Of a stretch of DNA of 64,000 bases, positions 17,409 to 26,800 are shown piece by piece. How positions within the stretch are numbered: position 1 is the first letter of the stretch; each line of letters begins with the position of its first letter. This DNA is from Actinomycetales bacterium. GTDB taxonomy: Bacteria > Actinomycetota > Actinomycetes > Actinomycetales > Microbacteriaceae. The notes beneath the pieces were generated by a model. That model was not told where the DNA came from. It did no database searches and saw only the letters and a list, made by a program, of their open reading frames with translations. The stretch is taken from positions 2,531-66,530 of the forward strand of contig JBBSQX010000011.1 in assembly GCA_038243605.1 (NCBI GenBank), read 5' to 3'. The position numbers were made by a program, and so were the translations under genes.

Positions 17409-19021
17409 GAAGGTCCGTTCTCGAAGGTGAGGCTCAAACTTACGTTCCCGAGGATGAACTGCTCTGACAGCGCTGCCGAACCACCGGCAGGCAACTCGGT
17501 TTCTTTACCGTCGGCCGCGACAAGAATGACACCATTTGTCGACGTGAGGTCGGTGATTGTCCACACCTCATCCTGAAGATCAAGTCGCGCATGGTTCTTC
17601 GACAGCGTGCGCGTCTCATCCGGAACCGCCACCAACTCGACAGAAACATCAGTGGATGTCGGCTTTCTTCCGAGCAACACCGAATTGGACTTCAACGGCA
17701 GAACGACACCGGATTCTGTCACCAGGTTCCATTGCACAAGCGGGCGACGGTCGACTACAACGGTGCGGTCGAGGTCATCATCGTCATCATCATTGTTCAG
17801 GATTCCCGAATGCTGTGAAGGAATGATCGTGGGCATCTCGGCAACATTTGCGCGGGCATCGAAAGATGAGGGCGCCTGCACCTCCGCGGTTCGCATTGTG
17901 GCCGGTGCAGCACCTGCCGACGAACGCGGCGCCCACGGGTTGTCACCGCTGAGCGGGGCTTCTGTGGCAGGAGGTTCTGCACCGAGCGGATCGGCAGCGA
18001 GCGGATCGGCATCACGGGGACCGGCAGCGAGCGGATCGGCAGCGAGCGAGCCCGCATCGCGCGGATCGGCAGCGAGCGGTTCGACACCTACGTGTTCACC
18101 AGCTGGCACCGGCACTGGCACCGGGGGCATGGGTGGCACCGTCAGGGACGGTGCTGCCGCAGGCTCAGCAAACACGGGTTCGGCGGCGGCCGGAGCAAGT
18201 ACCGGTGGCCGCACCACTGCGGGCTGTGGCACATCGAGCGGATCTACAAGCTGGGCAGTGGGCGGCATAGGTGGAGCCGGAGGGGCGGAAGGGGCAGCGA
18301 ACGGCACCTGCTGGAACGGATCCTGCTGCACAGGCGCCTGCTGGAACGGGGCATTCTGCTGCACAGGCGCCTGCTGGAACGGGGCATTCTGCTGCACAGG
18401 CGCCTGCTGGAACGGATCCTGCTGCACAGGCGCCTGCTGGAACGGGGCATTCTGCTGCACAGGCGCCTGCTGGAAGGGGGCATTCTGCTGCACAGCGGCC
18501 GGCGGGAACGGAGACTGTGTCATCGTCAATGCCATTGGAGTTGGCATTGACGTTGGCATTGGCGTTGGCGTTGCCGCCGGCGCAGCCGCCTGGTTCGCTG
18601 GCGTCATCATTCCCTGAATCCGCTCACCATAGTGCTCTGAAGCAGGTGGTGGTGCGGTGCGGGCAAGGAGGGTCGCCCACAGTGGCGGCAACAGGAATCC
18701 GAGAACCACGAGGGCTGTTCCTCGACCAAACCGTTGCCCGATGCGAATCATCGCCATTGCCTTCAAATGCAGGCCATAGAGGCTCACGATCGGCAGGAAG
18801 TAGAGAATGACGGACCAACCGGGAACTCCACCGCGCTCCAGAATGACCATCTCGTTCAGGATGGGGACCCAGCCCTTCCAGCCCTGCTCACCCAGCTTGG
18901 GGAACAGTCGAGAAAGCGCAAAGCAGTACCAAATGTAGAGCCCGAGCGGAACTATCGCCCCGAACACCACGCTTGCCACAATGATGCCAATTCCGAGCGA
19001 ACTTGACGATGAGTCCATCAC
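17405..19021 (-). CDS. Membrane FHA-domain protein (N-terminal DUF5684-like TM module, Q/P-rich repeats, C-terminal FHA)
   Basis: The N-terminal motif ...GWKGWVPILNEMVILERGGVPGW... has flanking TM helices; the family name is from memory. FHA signature: LLGRKP...TLSKNHARL...DLTSTNGVIL. DRTVVVDRR lies directly before the FHA domain. Confidence 0.85.
   Translation of the reverse strand: MMDSSSSSLGIGIIVASVVFGAIVPLGLYIWYCFALSRLFPKLGEQGWKGWVPILNEMVILERGGVPGWSVILYFLPIVSLYGLHLKAMAMIRIGQRFGRGTALVVLGFLLPPLWATLLARTAPPPASEHYGERIQGMMTPANQAAAPAATPTPMPTSMPTPMALTMTQSPFPPAAVQQNAPFQQAPVQQNAPFQQAPVQQDPFQQAPVQQNAPFQQAPVQQNAPFQQAPVQQDPFQQVPFAAPSAPPAPPMPPTAQLVDPLDVPQPAVVRPPVLAPAAAEPVFAEPAAAPSLTVPPMPPVPVPVPAGEHVGVEPLAADPRDAGSLAADPLAAGPRDADPLAADPLGAEPPATEAPLSGDNPWAPRSSAGAAPATMRTAEVQAPSSFDARANVAEMPTIIPSQHSGILNNDDDDDDLDRTVVVDRRPLVQWNLVTESGVVLPLKSNSVLLGRKPTSTDVSVELVAVPDETRTLSKNHARLDLQDEVWTITDLTSTNGVILVAADGKETELPAGGSAALSEQFILGNVSLSLTFENGPS
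18306..18493 (-). repeat. In-frame 30/33-bp tandem repeats (QQNAPFQQAPV / QQDPFQQAPV units)
   Basis: The unit ctgctgcacaggcgcctgctggaacgg(ggcatt/atc) is repeated about 6 times on the plus strand. Confidence 0.8.
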
Positions 19022-21519
19022 ACGACCTCCTTTGGACGAAAGAGCGAAAGGCCCATAGACAATCCGGCACGGGCCGGCAGATACCTAACGAAGGACCGCA
19101 GAGCTAGCGCCGCCTTGACGCGGGCAGAAAACTTCACTTCGGATGCGAGCTCAGCACGCTCCGCACGAAGCAACTCCCACGCGGCGTCCGCCGACTCACG
19201 GGTGGGCGCGTACTCCGCAAAAACTCCCGCGTCGATGATGACAGCCAGCGTGGCGGCGTTGGGTCTACCGATGACACTCGCCATGTGGCCCCTCGTGGCG
19301 TGGTCAGGAAGCTTCACACCGTAATCGAGGTACGTGTCCATCAGCTCATCCCACACCCCAACGAGACTCACTTCTGGCTCCACCGCCGACCTGCGACTCC
19401 GTCGACGCATGATCTTCAGAATCACGAGGAAGAGCAACGGCAAAAGCAAAAGCAACAGCGTCAGCGCGCCAGTACCGACAGCTTTGAGAATGGGCAGGAT
19501 GGTGTCAACCCACCCCGCGGTATCACCCGCCCCGGGGTTCAGTGTTGAAGAGTCATCACGTTGCGCGGGCGGCGGATCCAAAACCTCGGTCGTCACATCT
19601 TGCGCGACGGTGGGGTTTTGTGGCCGCTCCTCACCGGGGTTAACTCGGAACGGTGAAAGGGCATACTGCGGGCTCGCATCCGCCGCGAACCATGCCGCCC
19701 CTGACGCACGGAACTCAACCCAGGCGGTGACGTTCGCACCCGTGCACACCCCAGCGGTGCACGGTTCAACAGCGGGTTTGTCGTCATCCGACACCAACCT
19801 CGCACCCACGACGATCCGAGAATCGAAACCGAGAAACCGCGCAAGCAAGGCGGCAGCGGTAGCGAATTGCTCATCGTCACCGATCGCGGCAACAAGACTC
19901 TCTGGCTCCGCATCTTCGCCAACGGCTCGCTGCTGGTCATAGAGCGCCGTAAAAAGCTCCTCGACGCGCGCAGCAGAATGGCCGGCATACGAGGGCTGAA
20001 AAACGAAGTCAGAAGCAGCGAGGCGCTTGATCCAACTCTTCGAACTCTCGTTATTTTGAAGGGAGTGGCTCAGGTAACCGCGATCACGCAGCCGTTGAAT
20101 CAACTCGACGACACCCGCCGCCGTTCGAGGCACATCTTGTTGCTCCACCCATGCTGCAAGCGCTGGGTAGTCGTCATCACTGATCAGTGACTCACCACCG
20201 CGCACCGAACCGGCGACCTCACCGCCCACGCTGGGGGCGACGCTGATGCGGTAGGAATCTCCTGGTCGAACCCCAAAACCTCCGTCGACGCGAGGGGTCA
20301 CCACCACAGCGCTCTCGCCCTGCGAACCGACGTAAGAACCATCCGCCAGTTTCTCGGCGAGTGGGCCGGTGAAAGTCGGAGTTGAATCCATGAGGCCAGG
20401 GGTCGGAAGCCACACGCCGGAGTAGCCGTCACCGATCGTGATCGTGAACTTCACCCCGCTATTGCTGGCGCTGGGAAGCCGACGGAACTGCTGCTGCCCG
20501 GTTCGTGAACCCGGTCGAAAGACAGCACCGTCGTAGTAGCCGAGTGTCGCGAGACGCACGCGATCTACCCCGGCGAGGTCGCCATCAATTGTGAACAGCT
20601 GTTCATCGAACTTCTGCGCACTGAACCACGAGCGGTAGTCGCTCAACGGGCTCGGCTGCTGCAAAACAACCACTTCGGGGTTGACGCGGTCCCGCAGGGT
20701 TTCCCGCGGCGCCCAACCAGCGGCAGCGGGCGCGACAAGCAGACCAGCGGTGACGGCGACAACGATCAAAATTGCGGCGAACGCGCGCCGGCGCAAGCGC
20801 ATCCACACCGTTGAGTGGCTGCTCTGGCGAATATCGGTGGAGAGTGCCATCGCGCGCCGGAGTGCATTCTTTCGCTCCATTCTGGCGCGAACGATGAGCC
20901 ACACGAGTGAGACAACCACAAACAGGATGCCGAGCAGAACCTGGCGAGGTGCCGGGATCGTGAGCCCGACGACGTTCAACGGCGGGTCCGTTGTGCTTGA
21001 CCCGAAGACCGGCCCGAACGCGCACATGAGAAAGACGACGCCGACAGAAAACGACGAGTACTTGCGATGGCCGATGCTGAGCGCCGTGGCCACGATGGAG
21101 CCAACGAAGATGGTCAGGAAGAACGGAACGAGTACTGCCTGATACTCGCCCAACGGCAGCGTGAGCGTAACAATTTGTTTCCACCCCAAGACCACGCCGG
21201 TGACACCATCAAGGATTCCTTGAAGGGCACGAAGTGGGGAACTCAGCGCGACGGGAATGGCGAGGGGCACAACGGTGACGAGGTAGAGACCCGCGGCCAC
21301 GCGCGCCGTAATCCACCACCGCCACCCCAACACGCGCCCGACCACCACGAGCGCGATACCGAGCACCGCGGCCGCCACCGCGACCAAAATCATGCGGGGT
21401 GAGGCATAAACCGGCCATGCCAAACCGGTGGCAAGAGCGACCCCGATGATGACATACGCGACGTCCACGAGGAGTCTAGGAACATCCAGCTTGCCGAGCG
21501 CTGTCGTTATATTCGTCAT
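19018..21519 (-). CDS. Polytopic membrane protein with a transglutaminase-like core lacking the Cys and His of the triad
   Basis: About 6 N-terminal TM helices, then an extracytoplasmic region, then a core that aligns to the TGase motif: IGDDEQFATAAALLARFLGFDSRIVVGA ... NVTAWVEFRASGAAWFAADASP. A further TM follows near the C-terminus. The MoxR-DUF58-TGase gene order supports the call. Confidence 0.8.
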   Translation of the reverse strand: MTNITTALGKLDVPRLLVDVAYVIIGVALATGLAWPVYASPRMILVAVAAAVLGIALVVVGRVLGWRWWITARVAAGLYLVTVVPLAIPVALSSPLRALQGILDGVTGVVLGWKQIVTLTLPLGEYQAVLVPFFLTIFVGSIVATALSIGHRKYSSFSVGVVFLMCAFGPVFGSSTTDPPLNVVGLTIPAPRQVLLGILFVVVSLVWLIVRARMERKNALRRAMALSTDIRQSSHSTVWMRLRRRAFAAILIVVAVTAGLLVAPAAAGWAPRETLRDRVNPEVVVLQQPSPLSDYRSWFSAQKFDEQLFTIDGDLAGVDRVRLATLGYYDGAVFRPGSRTGQQQFRRLPSASNSGVKFTITIGDGYSGVWLPTPGLMDSTPTFTGPLAEKLADGSYVGSQGESAVVVTPRVDGGFGVRPGDSYRISVAPSVGGEVAGSVRGGESLISDDDYPALAAWVEQQDVPRTAAGVVELIQRLRDRGYLSHSLQNNESSKSWIKRLAASDFVFQPSYAGHSAARVEELFTALYDQQRAVGEDAEPESLVAAIGDDEQFATAAALLARFLGFDSRIVVGARLVSDDDKPAVEPCTAGVCTGANVTAWVEFRASGAAWFAADASPQYALSPFRVNPGEERPQNPTVAQDVTTEVLDPPPAQRDDSSTLNPGAGDTAGWVDTILPILKAVGTGALTLLLLLLPLLFLVILKIMRRRSRRSAVEPEVSLVGVWDELMDTYLDYGVKLPDHATRGHMASVIGRPNAATLAVIIDAGVFAEYAPTRESADAAWELLRAERAELASEVKFSARVKAALALRSFVRYLPARAGLSMGLSLFRPKEVV

Positions 21520-22880
21520 CGAATCGCCCCCCGCGCCATCAGATGCTTGAGGTCTCCGAGTGCGCCAATTGTCAGGACTGTCATTCCCGACATGGAATTA
21601 ACTCGCGGCTCCGCTCCCGGCACCGTGCGGATGGCCACTGCCGTCACGTTCGCAGGAAGCTGCACAGCGCAGCCCCGAAGGCGGCCGAGTTCCATCGTCG
21701 AACCGGTGACCAGAAAGGCAATCGACATTCCAGGGAACGACTGTGTCGTCAGAGCGGTCACCACGTTGAGTCGAAAGGCCCTCTCGCTGCCCTCCACCGT
21801 TGACATGCTGTCGAGGAGCGTGCGGGCGGTCACCGTTGGCAGGGTCGAGATCGACTGCAACACACTTCGGGTCAGCTCTGGCACCTCTGAACTTGTGGTG
21901 ACAATGACTTCACGGCCATCGCGTACCGCCTGAACGGCCACGGATGCTGCCGCGCTGACCGCCATCTCGAATTCGTCTTCTGAGGCGTACTCGTCGGTGT
22001 TCAAGTCAAGGACCACGGCGAGACTCGCGCGCCTGGTTTCTTCATACTGACGCACCATGAGGGTGCCTGTTTTCGCGGTTGACTTCCAGTGAATATGACG
22101 CTGGGAGTCTCCTGGCGCATACTGACGGATCGCGTGAAACGAGAGATCGCTGTCAACAATGTCGCGCGTTGGCGTTCCCTCCAAATCTTTGATGAGCCCG
22201 GCGCTGGTGCTCGGAATCGCCACAGTGACGGGGTGCACGTAAAGGCGTTCAATCTGTGGCCACGACACCTCACGACGCAAAATACCAATCGGGTCGCCCC
22301 GACCAATGGTCATCGGACCAATGTCGATAACTCCGCGACGGTGAGCCCCAATAGTGAGCTCCTCATGATGCTCTGCGGAGGCGAACAGAAGCGGCACCTG
22401 AACTTCGACGAGCCCTTCACCCACGGGGATGTCAATGACCCCTGGCAGAGAAATACGTGAGGCGCGGTTGGTGACAGAGAGTCGCGCACGCACGTCTGTT
22501 CCGGCAACAACACGGTCTTTCTCGAGGACAAGTTGCACACCGTAGTCGTGCCCGCCCAAAAGGAACGGAATGCTCAGAAGCAGAAGGGTGCCCGCGATCA
22601 CCGCGAGAGCCCACCCTTCAACCCAACCGACCGTAGCGCCAACAACGATGCCGATGACCAGCAGCGCAAGAAAGAGCCACCCAGGCGCGAGCACCGTTTC
22701 TTTGAGCCAACGGCCCGCCGCACCCACTGCTCTTGTCACCGAGCGCGACGTGCGCCGGCCCCAAAACACGCCACCCTCAACGAGACCCGTGCGGGTACTC
22801 GTGTACCTCGTGACTGTCTCCGTGCGGGTGCGGGTCAGGGTACCGGTGCGCGTCAACCGCGACTCGGTGTTTGTTCTCAT
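21516..22880 (-). CDS. DUF58-family protein (VWA-like), membrane anchored
   Basis: FHAIRQYAPGDSQRHIHWKSTAKTGTLMVRQYEETRRASLAVVLD is the DUF58 signature. Two N-terminal TMs and a Thr/Arg-rich N-terminus. Overlaps with moxR and the TGase-like gene. Confidence 0.85.
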   Translation of the reverse strand: MRTNTESRLTRTGTLTRTRTETVTRYTSTRTGLVEGGVFWGRRTSRSVTRAVGAAGRWLKETVLAPGWLFLALLVIGIVVGATVGWVEGWALAVIAGTLLLLSIPFLLGGHDYGVQLVLEKDRVVAGTDVRARLSVTNRASRISLPGVIDIPVGEGLVEVQVPLLFASAEHHEELTIGAHRRGVIDIGPMTIGRGDPIGILRREVSWPQIERLYVHPVTVAIPSTSAGLIKDLEGTPTRDIVDSDLSFHAIRQYAPGDSQRHIHWKSTAKTGTLMVRQYEETRRASLAVVLDLNTDEYASEDEFEMAVSAAASVAVQAVRDGREVIVTTSSEVPELTRSVLQSISTLPTVTARTLLDSMSTVEGSERAFRLNVVTALTTQSFPGMSIAFLVTGSTMELGRLRGCAVQLPANVTAVAIRTVPGAEPRVNSMSGMTVLTIGALGDLKHLMARGAIR

Positions 22881-23842
22881 GCCGCGCCGTTCTCCACGGG
22901 TGGTGCGACGTCGAGCAACACTTGGCCGATAACGTCGAGGGCCGTGACGCCGTCGAACTCGGCCTCTGGTTCGAGGATGAGGCGGTGCGCGAACGCTGGC
23001 ACGGCGAGAACCCGAACGTCATCCGGTGTCACGAACGTGCGCCCCTGAGACACGGCACGCGTCATGGCGAGGCGAGACAAGGCGAGCGCACCACGCACGC
23101 TCACGCCGAGCCGCACTTCGGATGCCTGGCGTGTGGCGTTCACGATGCGCATAATGTAGTCGAACAGGAGCGGGTTAACGAACGAGCCGCGCGAAAGCTC
23201 CGACATGATTTTGATGGTGTCGGGCGTGACGATGCCGGGAACTTCACGCTTCGGGTTCACCACTCCCTGCAGAATGCGCATGGTCGAGGCGTCGTCGGGG
23301 TATCCGATGGACGTTTTGATCATGAACCGGTCAAGCTGCGCTTCAGGCAACCGGTACGTTCCGGCCTGCTCGACCGGGTTCTGGGTGGCGATGACGAGAA
23401 ACGGTGAGCCGACGGGGCGGGTGACGCCGTCCACGGTGACGTTGCCCTCTTCCATGACCTCCAGCAGAGCTGACTGGGTCTTGGGGCTCGCACGGTTGAT
23501 CTCATCGGCCAGAACAACGTTCGCGAAGATCGGGCCGGCGTGAAACTCGAACTCGCCCTTCTTCTGGTCGTACACGGTGATGCCCGTGACGTCACCCGGC
23601 AGAAGGTCTGGGGTGAACTGGATGCGCGAGTTGGTGCCCGTGATCGTCTGCCCAATGGTGCGCGCAAGTGCCGTCTTACCCGTGCCGGGGAAGTCCTCCA
23701 ACAGCACGTGCCCTTCGCTGATCGCGGTGGCCAACACAAGCTCCACGATGGCGCGCTTGCCGATAATTGCCTGCTCAACGTTGTCGGCCAGCAGACTGAA
23801 TGTCTCGGCAAACCAACTGGCCTGCTCCTGGGCAATCGTCAT
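22877..23842 (-). CDS. moxR: MoxR-family AAA+ ATPase
   Basis: VLLEDFPGTGKTALAR (Walker A), LLADEINRASPKTQSALLE (Walker B / sensor), ATQNP..GTY.LPEAQLDRF. Confidence 0.95.
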   Translation of the reverse strand: MTIAQEQASWFAETFSLLADNVEQAIIGKRAIVELVLATAISEGHVLLEDFPGTGKTALARTIGQTITGTNSRIQFTPDLLPGDVTGITVYDQKKGEFEFHAGPIFANVVLADEINRASPKTQSALLEVMEEGNVTVDGVTRPVGSPFLVIATQNPVEQAGTYRLPEAQLDRFMIKTSIGYPDDASTMRILQGVVNPKREVPGIVTPDTIKIMSELSRGSFVNPLLFDYIMRIVNATRQASEVRLGVSVRGALALSRLAMTRAVSQGRTFVTPDDVRVLAVPAFAHRLILEPEAEFDGVTALDVIGQVLLDVAPPVENGAA

Positions 23843-23876
23843 AGTTGTTCCTCTCGGGATGAATCGGGTTCAGGGG

Positions 23877-26800
23877 TTATGGACCGACGGGCGGCACAAC
23901 AGGCGGGATGACCGGAGGGTCTACCGGCGGGTCGACGGGCGGATCGACTGGCGGATCTGGATCTGGCGGTATGACTGGGTCGGGTTCGTAGGAGCCAACG
24001 AATGTTGCCGCGGCCAGCATGCTGTACCCACCCGAGAATGACACCGTGTACGTGACAGTCTTCGCTGCGGCATCCAGCACCGGTACGACAGTCGCATAGG
24101 GGCTAGCGAAGTTACTCACGGTCACCATCGACGGGTCGTTTGCTTGAGCCTCGGTTAACGTGCCGGTGGGGAAAGTCACTGTCACGGTCGTGGGTGCAGA
24201 CCCAGACTCCGGGGTGATGAGCGCAGGGTTGTTTGAGCAGACCTTTTGCCCCCAAAACTTGGTTCTGCAATATTGCACAAAGATCCCGGCATCATAATTT
24301 GTCGAGTCGTTGATATTGAACGTGGTGGTAACGACACCACCAATGTTGTATTCGAGGTACCACTTATTCTTTGGGGTCGGGGCCGGTGCCTTCTCAAGCT
24401 TGTACTTCTGCACGCTACTTCCCGGTGAATCCGGTGATGACGACACCCTGTAGGTGAGATCACCGCCCGGCTGGTTCGGGCTCGGGAAGCTACTTGCCAC
24501 AGCTATCGCGGATTCCGCCCAGCCATACCCGTTCGTTGCGCAGGCTTTGATCGAATAGTCATGCTCCGTGTCCACGGTGACGGTGGAGGAAGGGCTAGAG
24601 AACTGAGCACCGGAAGCAGAAATCACGTCTCCCTCAGCCGAGCAAGTTGGTTCTGCACCATCTTCATTCCACGCGACAAAAATCTCAGACTTCTTCGAAC
24701 CGCTATTGGCGCTAAAACCTGCGCCGGTCAGGGTCACCGTCGTCGGAGTACCAGTAGCCGTTCCCGCGCTTGTGTACTTCGGGGACCCCACTGCCGTCAC
24801 AGTAAACGTGGCTTGATCTCCCACGCCGTTGCTGCCGGTGCCGCCGATCGGCGGCTGGAACTCACTAATGGGGATCACGATGAGCGTGTTGGACCCCGGA
24901 GCCAAGGTGAGGTTCGCGACCGTCACCGGCCCAGTGCGGTCAAAATCTTGACTCACATTCGTGACACGAAAACTCTTGGAATCCGCGCCGGCAGTAATGG
25001 ATAAGTCCACGCCACCGGATCCGTCCGTCGTGCGGCTGTCAAACACCGAGGTCGCAGTCAACGCCGACACCGTTGGCTTCGCGTACGCCCAAGTCTGGTG
25101 CTGCGATGTGTCGAGTGATTCGCCCACACTGTTCACCGCGCGCGCCGAATACGTGTGCGGGGCCCCGTTGACGAGGCCGGGAGCAGTGCAGGAGTACGAC
25201 GCGGGGCCGCTGGATGAACACGTGGCACCGGATGCCGGGCTGCTGCCCTCATACAAGACGACACCAGTGACCGACGGATGCGCCTGAGCGGCCTCCCCCA
25301 ACGGCACATTTACCGTGACGGACGTGCCGGTGTACCCGGTGGTCATCACGCTCGCCGGAACCTGCGGATAGCCGAGCACGTCAATCGTCAACTGCCCCGG
25401 CCCAGTGCGGCCCTGCGCATCCGCAACCGTCAAGGGAACAACGCACGCGCCGCCCACCGGGCGCGGCCCTGCTGGCCAGGTAGCGCTGACCTGCTTCTCG
25501 CCAGACAGAACGACGGTCGCCACCGGGCAGGTCACCGATGTGCCGGTGCCCACGCCCACAATCTTGAGACCGCCACCAAGCTTTCCGGCGAAGGGATCAT
25601 ATTCCCCGCCAACGCCGATGACCGTGATCGAACAGCTTGCGCTGGTGCTCACCGTGCACTGCTGGCTGAGGGTGGCACCTCGCGGGGCATCCGGTGGGGC
25701 AATACCCACCACCAACGACACGCCACCAACAAGCCCACCAAAGTTCGAGACCGCGACCTGAACGTTTTCTCTCGTGCCGGGGGCCGCATCCGCCCTCGCC
25801 GTAATCGTGATGGACCTGCCCTTTTGTTCCATCACAAACGCTGTTCCGCTCGACGACGCCGCGTAGTTGAGGAGCTTCTTGTCGCCGACACGACCGCCCT
25901 CCCAGGTGGTGAGGGCGTCGTAAAGGTCAATTGTGGCAGTTTCGCCTGGTGCAAGTGTGCGCGCAATCGTCGCGAGGATCGCCTGAGGGTCCCTCGGCAG
26001 AATCCATATTGGCACGGCGACCGTTGACCACTGCTTCTGGCCCTTGAGGCGCACCGAGAACGCGCACAAGTCATTCCACGGCGCCTCACGCCCACTGGCA
26101 TACCGCACGAGCGTTCCCGAAACGGGTTGACACGAAGCGTTGCCTCTCTGCACCACAAACGCACCGTTTGGATTAATTTCTATGTCATCTGACGGATCAA
26201 TGTCGAGCAACTTGCGCACATCAAAATCGACAGTTTTCTCTTCGGCGACCTCAATGTGCTTCTCCGTTGGCTTCACCTGCACGCGAAGATCATCGAATGC
26301 CGGGATGCGCAAGAACCCGTGTGCAGTGACATCGGCACCCGCCGCATCTTTACCGGTCAGCTCAAACGGAACAAGATCGCCGCGGGACGGAAAATCGCCA
26401 GAAATTTGTGAGCCGCTCACCTTGTATCGGTCCGCCGCGGAGCCCCAGACCGAGAGCTTCAAGCCCGAGATGACACCGGATGCCCAACGGACCTTGCCCG
26501 ACACAACATCGATGCCGCTCGCCAGCTGCACGCGGTCCTTCGCCGTCAGTACCGTGTCTTTCACCACAGGCATGTCTGGCGCTACGCTCTCGGCAACGCC
26601 CACAACGATGAGACCCTCCGCTGTGCTCGTCGAGATCGACGACTGCACGGTATAAATGAACGACTGGGTGCCGAGAGTGTCACCCGCGCGCAAAACAATT
26701 TCACCAGTCTTGAGAGAAGTTTCCGGATCGATGAGCGCGTCAAGACGTGCATACTCCGGATTCGATGCATCACCCGGTGCGTTCGGGCGAAGACCCACGA

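Noticed and set aside
16151-18810. Regular short repeats (16210-16491, 17940-18070, 18306-18493) as a possible CRISPR array
   Set aside because: The repeat units abut one another with no unique spacers. They are multiples of 3 nt, stay in frame within long ORFs that have recognisable flanking domains (TM anchor, FHA), and have no cas genes nearby.
23877-23990. C-terminal Pro-rich PPVD repeats of the giant protein as a sortase or cell-wall sorting signal
   Set aside because: There is no LPXTG-like motif, and no hydrophobic segment or positively charged tail at the C-terminus. Anchoring is more plausibly through the N-terminal TM.
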